Sequence record: DRR723986_11703
DNA length: 57,091 nt
Strand: one strand, 5' to 3'
Below are positions 29,695 to 39,812 of the stretch, in pieces. The notes below the pieces were generated by a model. The model did no database searches. It had not been told where the DNA came from and worked only from the letters and a program-made list of their open reading frames with translations. How positions within the stretch are numbered: the first letter of the stretch is position 1; every line of letters begins with the position of its first letter. The position numbers and the translations under genes were made by a program.

Positions 29695-31086
29695 GTGCTG
29701 CTAGAAAATACATCGCCAGAAACACAGAGCTCTACATCGGTCGTTGACGCGCATTCTTCAACAGGCTTACCGACAGCTTCGGAGACGTGTGACGCGCTTC
29801 CGGCTGCAATGAGCGTCGTGTTGTGGCAGAACAAAGCGGGTAAAGTTGAGGCCATCCACGAAACTGGACGCCTCGACGAAGCACTGCTGCAGCGCACACT
29901 CGGGTTAGTTTCTAGTGCTCTTGCCACACACCTGCCCCAATCCTGCGCGTTGACTTCGCCGGTACCTTGTGTTGTTCTTGCCGAGCCCGTCATGGGACGT
30001 GCCAACCAATGCCTGACCGCCGTTTTCCCCTGCGAGCTGTCTGAGGCAAGTCCGACAATGCTCGAGAAGAAAATGCGAGCACTCCAGACGTACGCCAACA
30101 AACTGGCTCAGGCGACTGTATCCAACGAGGCGATTGATGAGGCCACGCTAGAAGATGCTAAGGTCGGCGGCACCGAGGATGCAGCAACGCTGGGCGACGG
30201 CCCCACCTCCACATCTCCCCAAGTGCCCTCGTGGAAAGAGATTTGCAAATGCTTGCTTCAGAGAGTCGTGGCAGATCTTGCGAACCTGAAGACTCGGCTC
30301 CGCTTGCTAACGATAGTCGCCGCGGTGTCATGCGGTGTGGCGCTGGTGCCGGTTCCTTACCAGGTTTGGTGCGAGGTGACTTGTGAGCCGACGGTGAGCC
30401 GTTTTGTAGCGGCCCCCTTTGATTCGCGGCTGGAGTCTTCGGACGTAGAGATTGGCCAAAGCGTCACCGCTGGGGACATTCTTGCGGTCCTCGACGGCGG
30501 GGATATCCAGGCAGAACTGGCCAGCGCCAAGGACGCGGCTGCTCAAACCAACCAACGTCTCTTGGCGGCGCTTGCGTCAAGCGATCATTCAACTGCTGAG
30601 CAAGAACGGCTGGAACTGACACAGCTTCAAAGACAGATTGATCTACTTGCTAGGCAACAGGAAAAACTGTTGATTCGTGCACCAATCAATGGGATCATCG
30701 TCGACGGAGACCTCAGCAGAAAACAAGGTGCGCCACTGGCAGTCGGTGATGTGCTCTTCGAGATCGCCAGTATTGACGAAGTAGTTGCAGAGGTGGCTGT
30801 GCCGGAATATTCGGTGAATCACGTTGATCCTGGGGCGAGCGTGAAAGTCTTCCTAGACACGGCTTCGTCGGATACGATTCACTCTACGATCAGCAAGATA
30901 CATCTGCGAAGTAAGATCCAAGATCAGAAGAATGTCTTTATCGCTGAAGCGTTCGTAGACAACCGCTTCGGCTCGATTCGCCCCGGCATGAAAGCAGACG
31001 CATCCGTCGATGCAGGCTATCGGACCCTTGGTTGGGTTCTGTTTCATCGCCCCTTTGAAGCGCTAAGACGCTGGACGGGGTGGTAA
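29695..31086 (+). CDS. Membrane-anchored HlyD/MFP adaptor with cytoplasmic N-terminal domain (possibly degenerate GAF)
   Basis: About 200-aa N-terminal region, one TM, VAAPFDS...GQSV, IRAPINGII...GDVLFEIA, RPGM and an amphipathic C-terminus ending in W. Confidence 0.82.
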   Translation: MLLENTSPETQSSTSVVDAHSSTGLPTASETCDALPAAMSVVLWQNKAGKVEAIHETGRLDEALLQRTLGLVSSALATHLPQSCALTSPVPCVVLAEPVMGRANQCLTAVFPCELSEASPTMLEKKMRALQTYANKLAQATVSNEAIDEATLEDAKVGGTEDAATLGDGPTSTSPQVPSWKEICKCLLQRVVADLANLKTRLRLLTIVAAVSCGVALVPVPYQVWCEVTCEPTVSRFVAAPFDSRLESSDVEIGQSVTAGDILAVLDGGDIQAELASAKDAAAQTNQRLLAALASSDHSTAEQERLELTQLQRQIDLLARQQEKLLIRAPINGIIVDGDLSRKQGAPLAVGDVLFEIASIDEVVAEVAVPEYSVNHVDPGASVKVFLDTASSDTIHSTISKIHLRSKIQDQKNVFIAEAFVDNRFGSIRPGMKADASVDAGYRTLGWVLFHRPFEALRRWTGW

Positions 31087-31087
31087 C

Positions 31088-33172
31088 GTGCAATCGTCAG
31101 AAACGCCCGGAAACACACTGCCTGAATCACTGCCGCTAGTCGATGGACTCTCGTTCACTCAGCCCGATGGCGGTGATGCGACCAGTGTTTTACTCGAAAA
31201 CACGGCGACGAATGACTTTTATCGACTCGGGTTTCGGGAGGTGCAATTCATCAAAGCGCTTCAGGAGACAGGGTCACCGCGAGCGGCACATTCTGCATGC
31301 CAAGAGCGTGGCACAGGTGAATGCCTAAGTGAAGAGCTGGCTGGGAAACTATGCGCTTGGCTCGTCGCGAACAAACTAGTCAAGAGCCTCAACACTTCGG
31401 CACCCACTCCGCGCACGGTCCCACTGGCTGGTTGTTTCTTCTGGAAACTGCCTCTGGGCGATCCGGATCGTGCCATAAAGTCACTTGTCCACTACGTTGG
31501 CTGGTTGTTCAGTCCGATTGCGATCGTTATTGGCTTGCTGTGCTTCGTCGTCGCTCTAGTCGGGATGACGGGATGTTGGCGAGATTTCTTCTACGCCTAT
31601 GAGAACTTGGTTTCAGCGCAGCGAGGTGTTTGCCTACTGGTCGCCTGGTGCTTCTTGAAAGCGATCCATGAACTGTGGCACGCCGGAACCTGCCGACGCT
31701 ACGGCGGTGAAGTCAAGGAGGCGGGGATCGCGCTCATCCTCTTTATGCCTCTGGCGTATGTGAACGTTTCCACAAGTTGGAGATTTGACTCACGGTGGAA
31801 ACGTCTGCACGTCACCCTGGCTGGTGTAGCCGTCGAGTGTGGTTGTGCTGCTGCTGCGTTGCTGCTGTGGCGCGTGAGTGACTCCCCCTTAATAGAACAA
31901 ATCGCAGCGGACGTGTTACTGCTTGCCTCAGTGTCTTCGCTGTTGTTCAACCTGAATCCACTGTTGCGTTTTGATGGCTATTTTGCACTGGCGGACATTA
32001 CGAAGTGTGACAACCTCTACTCCCACGGTCAGCAGTATGCACGCTACTTCGGTGGCAGGTATTTGTTGGGGCTGAATCCACCGAGCCCCAAACTACCGGG
32101 GAAACACCCAGGTTGGATCAAGCTTTATGGTTGTGCGGCGGCTGTCTACAGGTGCTTTACCGTATGCGGGTTGCTGGTGGCTTCCGCTGCACTCTTGGAG
32201 GGCGCTGGAGTTGTCTTGGCGATTGCTGGCGGATTGGCCTTTATCGCCCTTCCTTTGGCCAGGCTTGCCGGGCATTTGATGGGCTCCTACCAACAAGGCA
32301 ACTTGGATCCGTATCGTCTGTTCCTGCGTTTGGCCTGTCTCGCTAGTCTAGCTGTGCTGCCGTGTTTCATTCTTCCGGCAGACATCGGTTGGACGGTACC
32401 AGCAGTTGTGCAATACGATCCACCGGTTGTGCTGCGAGCACACAGCGACGGCTTTGTGGACGAGGTTCACGTTCGCGATGGTCAGCGGGTTCGCGAAGGG
32501 CAACTGGTACTATCGCTTCGCAACGATGATTTGACTCTAGAGCATAATGCCCGCCAGACGGAGCTTGCGCAGGTGGAGCAACAATTGCTTTCGGCTCAGT
32601 GGACAAGTGATTCGTCACTCGCCGCTCAGCTTGCCTCGCGAAAGGAAGCTCTTTTAGAGGAGGTGGCCCGGCTGCAGTCAGACGTTGAACAACTGGCAAT
32701 TCATGTCCCCAACGCGGGAGTCGTCGTCGCGCCCGATCTAAAGAACATCCAAGGCGTTTACTTGAAGGCTGGTGAAGAGATTGCGGTTGTCGGGAACGAG
32801 CGCGCCAAGCGGCTCAAAGTCAGTGTCCCTCAAAGCGACGCGCCTGACTTGGCAAATCGTATCGGCGAACTTGCAAAAATCTGGTCTTCAGGCCTCGTTT
32901 TTCAGCAATCTATACAGCGAGTTGAATCGCGAGCATCGACTGTTCCTGCTGATGAAGCCATGCTGGCAGTCAATGGCGGTTCGCTTCCTTCCTGGCAAGA
33001 TGGCGAAAAACAACGATTGGTCAAGCCGCGCGTGAACGCTTACATCAACCTGACTCCTGAACAAGCAGGACAGCTTCGCGTTGGCCAGACGGCAGCCGTA
33101 GCGCTGCGTACAAATCGCAGATCGATCGCTCAAGCGGTTTCGCAGTACTTGCTCGGCATGCTCGGTTTCTAA
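31088..33172 (+). CDS. M50 (site-2 protease family) peptidase fused to a HlyD/MFP domain, with putative RRE/PqqD-like N-terminus
   Basis: HELWH (31667-31681), NLNPLLRFDGY (from 31949) and multiple TMs; then DGFVDEVHVRDGQRVREGQ lipoyl-like half, coiled coil and a second lipoyl-like half. GTG start 1 nt after the upstream stop. Confidence 0.85.
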   Translation: MQSSETPGNTLPESLPLVDGLSFTQPDGGDATSVLLENTATNDFYRLGFREVQFIKALQETGSPRAAHSACQERGTGECLSEELAGKLCAWLVANKLVKSLNTSAPTPRTVPLAGCFFWKLPLGDPDRAIKSLVHYVGWLFSPIAIVIGLLCFVVALVGMTGCWRDFFYAYENLVSAQRGVCLLVAWCFLKAIHELWHAGTCRRYGGEVKEAGIALILFMPLAYVNVSTSWRFDSRWKRLHVTLAGVAVECGCAAAALLLWRVSDSPLIEQIAADVLLLASVSSLLFNLNPLLRFDGYFALADITKCDNLYSHGQQYARYFGGRYLLGLNPPSPKLPGKHPGWIKLYGCAAAVYRCFTVCGLLVASAALLEGAGVVLAIAGGLAFIALPLARLAGHLMGSYQQGNLDPYRLFLRLACLASLAVLPCFILPADIGWTVPAVVQYDPPVVLRAHSDGFVDEVHVRDGQRVREGQLVLSLRNDDLTLEHNARQTELAQVEQQLLSAQWTSDSSLAAQLASRKEALLEEVARLQSDVEQLAIHVPNAGVVVAPDLKNIQGVYLKAGEEIAVVGNERAKRLKVSVPQSDAPDLANRIGELAKIWSSGLVFQQSIQRVESRASTVPADEAMLAVNGGSLPSWQDGEKQRLVKPRVNAYINLTPEQAGQLRVGQTAAVALRTNRRSIAQAVSQYLLGMLGF

Positions 33173-33185
33173 CTGACGAGTGGCG

Positions 33186-35735
33186 TTATTGTACCTCTTG
33201 GTAGTTTGATCCACTTGCCGCCGTTAGTGCAGATTTGAGTTCATTCTGCTCAACGGATGTTAGCAGCTTTTGGATTTCACTGAGGTCCGCGGGCTTGGCA
33301 AGCAAACCTGAAAAACCCTCGGCTTCAACGTTTGCTCGAACCGCTTCGGTCGCATCCCCGGTGAAGGCAATAATTGGTGGGCAAGATCCAGCGAGCCGCT
33401 CGCGAATCCTCTCTGCCACTTCATAACCATCCATTTCTGGCATACGTAGATCTAGTAAAATCAGGTCGGGTGTAACGGCCTGTATAGAAGCTTCGGCCTG
33501 AGGCCAATCTTCCGCACGTGCACAATTGTGGCCTAGGGTCTCAATTGACAGACCAACGGATTCACGATTGAGAAGCTCATCGTCAACGAGCAAAACATTC
33601 AGTTGCGTGCCAGTTTGAGCTGGCCGTGGTGGGGTAGTGTCGTCGATTTCGACGACGCCTACAGGGATGTCGAAGAAGAACCTGGCACCGAATCCAGCTC
33701 TCGATTTAACTTGCAAATCACCGCCCATTATGGAAACAAAGCCCTTCGAGATGTAGAGCCCGAGGCCGACGCTCGATTGCGGGCGATGCGCTGAGTAGAT
33801 GTCGAAGAGGGTTCGAATCTTCTCTTCTGCGATGCCGCTGCCTGTATCGGATACTTCAAAGTGCAGTCTGTTTTCCTGTGGCTGATAATTGCACTGAATT
33901 CGAATCGTGCCGCTGCTGGTATGGTGCGCGGCGTTGTAACCCAGGTTCAAGAGCGTTTGTTGCAGCTTTCCACGATCGCCGTGCACCATCACTGGAACGT
34001 TCGGATCCACATCTAGCTTGAGTTCGACCGCCTGGTTGCACTGCTTATTTACGATTGCATACACTCCGTCCAGCATGTCGTGAACGGAGAAGTTGCGTTC
34101 AGACTTCTTTAGCTCGCCGGTTTCGATTTGGGTGAAGTCCATCACTTCGTCGACGACATCGACCAAGTGTCGTGCGCTGGCGAGCAGGATGCGATCAGCT
34201 TCGTCCCGTTTCGGTCCTACAACATGATCGTCGGAAAGCAATTCACCGGTGGTAATAATCGCGCAAAGCGGATTTCGAATCTCGTGATTGATGCGTGCCA
34301 AGAAATCGCTTTTGGCTCGACTAGCGCGTTCGGCCTCTTCTTTCGCCTCCAGTAGCGACTGCGTACGTTCGTCTACAAGCCGCCTGAGGTGCTGTTTCTG
34401 TGCTCGGCTTGACCACAGCCAGCCTGACATCCCAACAACGATTAGCCCTGGAGGAACAAGAACAAGAGCCAACCAGTAATTTTGAATTGCCCTGTCGCGG
34501 CTTGCCAACTGGCGTCGCATCTCCCGCGATTGTATCTCCTGTTCATAGAAAATGTCGGCCGCAACCTTCATCTGGAAGGCCGGACCTGTATAGCCGCTCA
34601 GCGTTGTTGCATGTTTGATCCATTGTTCGGCACAGCGGTGTTGGCCCGATTCGAGTGCACTGTAAGCCAAGCCGCGATAGAAGTCCGCCAGCAGGGCATT
34701 CGCATGCAGTTCGTCGCAGTATTCTTCAACCGCGGTGATGGACTCTTGGGCTTGCTGTGTTTTCTCTTGGGCAACTAAGTGTAAAGATCGATACTGCGCG
34801 ACAACGATCAGCGTCGTGTCGTCACCGAGTTTCTTGGAAAGTTGTTCCAGTAAGTCGACCAAACTCTCCAGCTCGTTCCACCTGCGTTCTTCGAAATAGA
34901 TGTCCAGTAGTGAGACAGTGCAGCCAATCGCATCCCGCATCTCGACAGTATGTTCCTCGACAGGCTCCCCCAAGACTTTCCGAGCCCTCTCGATTGGCGG
35001 TAACAAATCTTCTTCGGTGGGGCGATCAAATGGCGAGCGGTGTTGTAGATCAAGCGATTTGCACAACTCTTTCCATCGGTTGTCAAGCTGACGGCAACGC
35101 GGTGAATCCATGGCTCCAACTGAAAATGACCAAGCCAATTCGCGAATCGCATCCAGTTCTAGGTACGCATTGTTGGCCCGCTGTGCGAACAACATCGTCC
35201 GGTAGCAGTAGTCGCACGCCACGGTGTCTTTGCTTTGCATTCTCAGCAGTCTGACTTCGATGGCGTACGCACGCGCAAGTAGCTGATCATTGTTGGCGGC
35301 ACGTGCAAGTGAAACTGCATGTTGAACTTTGGAAAGTCCTTGCTCAGGCTTGCCCAAATAGATGGCATCCAGATACCCAGAAAACATCAGCGTTTCTGCG
35401 TGGGCGGCATTGGGAGCGTCTAATTGTTCTGAAATCTCTCGCGCTTCACTAAGCTTGTCTTCCCAGTCGTTGCGCCATTTTCCGAAATGAAGTTCTGCGA
35501 ACGCAAGACGCACTAAGCCGCGACTGACCAGAGCCCGTTTACGGTGAACTCGACCGAGTCTGACAAGTTCTTCGGCGACTTCAACTGCCGCGTCGTAGTT
35601 GCCCGTGAATAGCCAATGGGCGTCAAAGTTCTGAACGTTCCTGGTGACATCCTTGTCGAGTTCTTGCGACGCTGCGATGCCAGTCAAAGAGCCAACGAGC
35701 AACATACTGGCGAGCGCGATCCATCTGTCCAGCAT
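33186..35735 (-). CDS. Hybrid sensor histidine kinase/response regulator with large helical (TPR-like) extracytoplasmic sensor
   Basis: Signal peptide and TM; KSDFLARINHEIRNPL H-box; NLGYNA, DTGSGI and GLGL; receiver LLVDD...LLDLRMPEMDG...KP. Confidence 0.92.
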   Translation of the reverse strand: MLDRWIALASMLLVGSLTGIAASQELDKDVTRNVQNFDAHWLFTGNYDAAVEVAEELVRLGRVHRKRALVSRGLVRLAFAELHFGKWRNDWEDKLSEAREISEQLDAPNAAHAETLMFSGYLDAIYLGKPEQGLSKVQHAVSLARAANNDQLLARAYAIEVRLLRMQSKDTVACDYCYRTMLFAQRANNAYLELDAIRELAWSFSVGAMDSPRCRQLDNRWKELCKSLDLQHRSPFDRPTEEDLLPPIERARKVLGEPVEEHTVEMRDAIGCTVSLLDIYFEERRWNELESLVDLLEQLSKKLGDDTTLIVVAQYRSLHLVAQEKTQQAQESITAVEEYCDELHANALLADFYRGLAYSALESGQHRCAEQWIKHATTLSGYTGPAFQMKVAADIFYEQEIQSREMRRQLASRDRAIQNYWLALVLVPPGLIVVGMSGWLWSSRAQKQHLRRLVDERTQSLLEAKEEAERASRAKSDFLARINHEIRNPLCAIITTGELLSDDHVVGPKRDEADRILLASARHLVDVVDEVMDFTQIETGELKKSERNFSVHDMLDGVYAIVNKQCNQAVELKLDVDPNVPVMVHGDRGKLQQTLLNLGYNAAHHTSSGTIRIQCNYQPQENRLHFEVSDTGSGIAEEKIRTLFDIYSAHRPQSSVGLGLYISKGFVSIMGGDLQVKSRAGFGARFFFDIPVGVVEIDDTTPPRPAQTGTQLNVLLVDDELLNRESVGLSIETLGHNCARAEDWPQAEASIQAVTPDLILLDLRMPEMDGYEVAERIRERLAGSCPPIIAFTGDATEAVRANVEAEGFSGLLAKPADLSEIQKLLTSVEQNELKSALTAASGSNYQEVQ

Positions 35736-36506
35736 TTTGTGATTTCCCCCGAGCTACACTGCGCGCAGTGATAGCAAAATGACTCTAAGTTCAATCCGTT
35801 GTACCAGTACTACCTGCTAGCAGCCGGAGCGGGGGCAGTGGAACTCAGGCTTCTATTGTCTGGGGGCAACCGAATTTGGGAGCGGCTCATAAGATGCCAG
35901 CCCAGCTTCGTCCAGGGCGGGTATTGTAACGTAAAGTCAGGAATTTCCATGCGCCTCACTTCAAGCGGCCTGCCGTCCGAAACCACGCTTGGATCGACGG
36001 CGCGGCGTACGGGGCAGGCTGGCTAGTTTGTTGACATCGGAGTGCCTCGCTTGCTGGACGAGTCATGCCGATTCGCCAACAAATGACCGGACGACACGCT
36101 ATTTACACATTGACGTGTCTGTGTTCTGTGTCCGGCTTACGAGGTCCTAGGAAGTCACAAAAACCGGTCGATTTCCTGCGCTAAGTGCTGCTCATTGCCC
36201 CCGGCGCGCGCGATGGCGAATGCCCGCCAAACTTAGGTTCTTTAGGGGGGAGGGCCATTCTTGGCAGTCGCCTGCAACAACTCGGCCACAGTCTGACTTG
36301 GGAAATCGAAATCGGTCCAGTTTAGGTTAGACGCTCGAAGCAGCGAACTTCCCATAGTGAGCGATCAATCTCTTGTGATGTGCAAAGTTGCTGGTGAACT
36401 GAAGTAGTCGAGGCCTGCAGGGCCACGTTCGCCGTCGGCGTTTTTTGGTAGATTGTTAGGCCGACCGCCTACTCCAATCTGCTTAACTGTTTGAAGAACA
36501 TTCACG

Positions 36507-37439
36507 ATGCCGGCAAGCTATGCAATCCTGGGAACCGGGGCACTCGGTGGGCTCTACGGAGGGCGTTTGCACGCCTGTGGAAGAGACGTCCACTTCCTGT
36601 GCCGCAGTGATTACGAGGCGGTGAAGGCGGGCGGTCTTCAGATCGAATCACCTTGGGGAAACCTTCATCTGCAGGACGTCAACGTATACGATTCGGCCGA
36701 CCGAATGCCCAAGGTGGACGTGGCCATCGTCTCGTGGAAGGCGACAGCCAACTCAGCGCTGAGTGAAGTCCTTCCCCATGTGTGCGGACCGGATACGGTT
36801 GTACTGGTTCTGCAGAACGGCCTCGATGTCGAAGCCGAAGCAGCGGTGGTCGTGGGCGAGAACCAAGTCTTAGGTGGCTGCTGCTTCTTGTGCTGCAACA
36901 AGGTCGGGCCTGGCAGAATCCATCATCTCGACTACGGCAAAGTTGCGTTCGGCGAGTTCTCGAGCACCTTGCACGGCCAGACAACTGCTCGGATGCAGTC
37001 CATCGCAAAAGACTTTGAAGCGGCGGGAATTCCGATTCAACAATCGCCGGACTTGGCACTAACGCGATGGCGAAAGTTGATGTGGAATATCCCGTTCAAC
37101 GGTCTCAGCGTAGTTCTCGATGCTGACACGAGTCAATTAATGGCTGATCCCGAAACTTCCGAATTGGCCCGACAAGTCATGGAGGATGTTCGCAAAAGTG
37201 CGTCCGCATGTGGTGTCGGCATTGACGCGACCTTCGTCGAAAAAATGCTGGCGGACACACGAAAAATGGTGCCTTACGCGAGCAGTATGTTGCTCGACTA
37301 TCGAGGCAAACGGGAGATTGAGGTCGAAGCCATAGTGGGCAATCCGATTCGAAAAGCGGTCAAAGCTGGCTATAGCCCTGACGTTTTGCTGACGCTGTAT
37401 CGGCAGTTGAAATTCTTGAATCGCCGCAATCTGATGTAG
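36507..37439 (+). CDS. panE: 2-dehydropantoate 2-reductase (ApbA/PanE family)
   Basis: GTGALG, LQNG, WRKLMWN, SSMLLD and EIE motifs. Confidence 0.85.
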   Translation: MPASYAILGTGALGGLYGGRLHACGRDVHFLCRSDYEAVKAGGLQIESPWGNLHLQDVNVYDSADRMPKVDVAIVSWKATANSALSEVLPHVCGPDTVVLVLQNGLDVEAEAAVVVGENQVLGGCCFLCCNKVGPGRIHHLDYGKVAFGEFSSTLHGQTTARMQSIAKDFEAAGIPIQQSPDLALTRWRKLMWNIPFNGLSVVLDADTSQLMADPETSELARQVMEDVRKSASACGVGIDATFVEKMLADTRKMVPYASSMLLDYRGKREIEVEAIVGNPIRKAVKAGYSPDVLLTLYRQLKFLNRRNLM

Positions 37440-37648
37440 CTTGCAACAGACTCGCCGCCGCAACGTGATGCGTCTATTGGCAGCAGGCTCACCGGCGAAG
37501 GACGGTCTGGCATCTTGCTGCGGCATCTAGCTGTGCCAACCGGCATAGTTTGCCTTGCACGAACGACAGGCACGACCAAGGACTCCGGATCGGGCAGAGC
37601 AATGTGATTCCCTGGACCAATCGGTTTAAGGAATCGATACGTTGCAAT

Positions 37649-39778
37649 ATGAACAACCGCACCCAAAAACACTGGTTATCCTGGCTCTCGCTAGCATTGC
37701 TCTTCAGTTGGAGCGTACCAGCGCGTCTTGGCTCGGCGGACGAACCGTGGAAATTCGTTCTGCGGGAACAGCGCAGGATACAGGTGCGTGATCCACGCCA
37801 ACTTTGCAAAGCACCGATTCCGAATACTCCGCGACCGCCGACGGTAATCGACAAACAGCTTGATAAGCCCGTGTATCAGTTCTCGCTCAACGAGGCAATT
37901 AACACAGGACTGCGTAATTCCGAGGTCGTGCGTATCCTCGCTGGTGTCACGGCCAATAGCAGCGGGCGGACAATTTACGATGTCGCCATCACCAATACTC
38001 AGATTGACCAGCAGCGTGGCCTGTTCGATCCACAGCTACGAGCCAATCAGGCTTGGAACCGGAACGAGACACCGAACGCGATTCCAGATCTGGCCAATCC
38101 TGGACAGGCGACCATCGTCGGGTCGCGAAATAGCAGCTACCTGTTCGATTTCGGACTGTCCAAGCGAACGGTCACCGGCGGCGTAATCGACTTCAGCGTC
38201 AACTCGATTGACAATCGTTTTGTCCCTGGCGGGCAAACGCTGAATCCGCAGACGAATTCAAATGTCGACATTTCCTACACGCAGCCATTGCTTCGCGGCG
38301 CGGGGCGTCGGGTCAACACGATTCCAATTGTCCTGGCGCGGATCAACACCGAACGGTCGTACTTTCAGTTCAAGTCTGCGGTGCAGAACCATGTTCTTGG
38401 CATCATTAACGGTTACTGGGGGCTCGTCCTAGCCCGCACGAACTTATGGGCACGGCAGCAGCAGACCGAGCAGCTTAATTGGACGCTACAAAGAGCCGAA
38501 GCTGCACTGGAGGCGGGCAGCGCCAACCTTGGCGAAGTCGCGCAGACGCGTGTCGCGTATGAGAACTTCCGAGCAAGTCTAGTTGCGTTGGAAGCAGATG
38601 TGCTGAACCGCGAGGCAGCGCTACGCAATGCACTCGGGCTGCCACCTTACGATTCGAGCTTGCTTGTCCCAGTTTCTCCACTGCTTGATCAGAAACTGGA
38701 CATCGACTGGCAGGGCATCTTGGACCTGGCCGAAACGATGCGTCCCGACATCATCGAACTCAAACTTATCCTAGAGGCAGATCAGCAACGGCTGTTGGTT
38801 TCGCAGAATCGAGCCCTACCGCAACTCGATGGTATCGCTCTCTACCGATGGGATGGACTCGATGGTCAAATGCCTGGGGGCGGAAGGCTAGACAGTGGTG
38901 CTGGTCAGTTTACGGATTTCAATGTTGGGATCAACTTTTCCGTTCCAATTGGCCTTCGTCAAGATCGTGCTCTGCTAAGGCAGCAGGAATTGGTCATCCA
39001 ACGCGACCGAGCTAACCTGCAACAGGGGCTCCACGCTACGGTTCATAACTTGGCGGCCAATCTACGAAACTTGGACCAGTTTTACGAACAGTATGAGCGA
39101 TTCCAAGATGTCCGTACTGCCGCTTCCCAGAACCTGGAATTCCAAATTGGTCGATTCTCCAGTGGATTTGATCAATTCATTGTCGCTCTGCAAGCCATCG
39201 TTGATTGGGGCAATGCGGTTAGCAATGAAGCGCAGTCCATTGTTCAGTACAATACCGAGCTAGCCAGACTCGAACTGGAAACGGGCACTATTCTCGAGGC
39301 CCACGGAGTTACTTTCTACGAGGAACGATTCGGCTCAATCGGTCCACTAGGAAGACTTGCCGTTCCTCAAGCCTATCCACGAAGCACTCGTCCGACGAAT
39401 GATACAACACGCTACACGCGTGGCGACGAGGCCTCGGAAGAGAACTTCGATCTGCGTGATCCACTCGAGGGGGAACGCAATCGTGAACGAATCGAAGCAC
39501 CGCCTGTAGACCAAGACGACTTTATTCCACCGATTCGAAGCCCGCTTGATCCGAGCTCGCCATCGGCGATACCAACAGCGGGGATACTGCCAAACAGCGG
39601 CAACTCGCTGGGCGGCGATTCCCGGTTACCCGAATCGAGCTCTCGACGTACGCCCGCGATGGCCGTTTCCGCCTCACGCGCTCTGCCGCCGGCAACGTCC
39701 AGTCGCAAAGTCCCGGTGCACACGCCGACGTTCAAGGAGAAAACGACGGCCGCATTCAAACGGCTGATTGGAAAGTAG
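37649..39778 (+). CDS. TolC-family outer membrane protein with low-complexity C-terminal tail
   Basis: Signal peptide; FDPQL, YTQPLLRGAG, YWGL, RPDI, LPQLD and LELETGTIL; start moved to ATG 37649. Confidence 0.82.
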   Translation: MNNRTQKHWLSWLSLALLFSWSVPARLGSADEPWKFVLREQRRIQVRDPRQLCKAPIPNTPRPPTVIDKQLDKPVYQFSLNEAINTGLRNSEVVRILAGVTANSSGRTIYDVAITNTQIDQQRGLFDPQLRANQAWNRNETPNAIPDLANPGQATIVGSRNSSYLFDFGLSKRTVTGGVIDFSVNSIDNRFVPGGQTLNPQTNSNVDISYTQPLLRGAGRRVNTIPIVLARINTERSYFQFKSAVQNHVLGIINGYWGLVLARTNLWARQQQTEQLNWTLQRAEAALEAGSANLGEVAQTRVAYENFRASLVALEADVLNREAALRNALGLPPYDSSLLVPVSPLLDQKLDIDWQGILDLAETMRPDIIELKLILEADQQRLLVSQNRALPQLDGIALYRWDGLDGQMPGGGRLDSGAGQFTDFNVGINFSVPIGLRQDRALLRQQELVIQRDRANLQQGLHATVHNLAANLRNLDQFYEQYERFQDVRTAASQNLEFQIGRFSSGFDQFIVALQAIVDWGNAVSNEAQSIVQYNTELARLELETGTILEAHGVTFYEERFGSIGPLGRLAVPQAYPRSTRPTNDTTRYTRGDEASEENFDLRDPLEGERNRERIEAPPVDQDDFIPPIRSPLDPSSPSAIPTAGILPNSGNSLGGDSRLPESSSRRTPAMAVSASRALPPATSSRKVPVHTPTFKEKTTAAFKRLIGK

Positions 39779-39812
39779 GCGAAGCGACCTAGCAGGAGCC
39801 GGCTGCGTCGTT

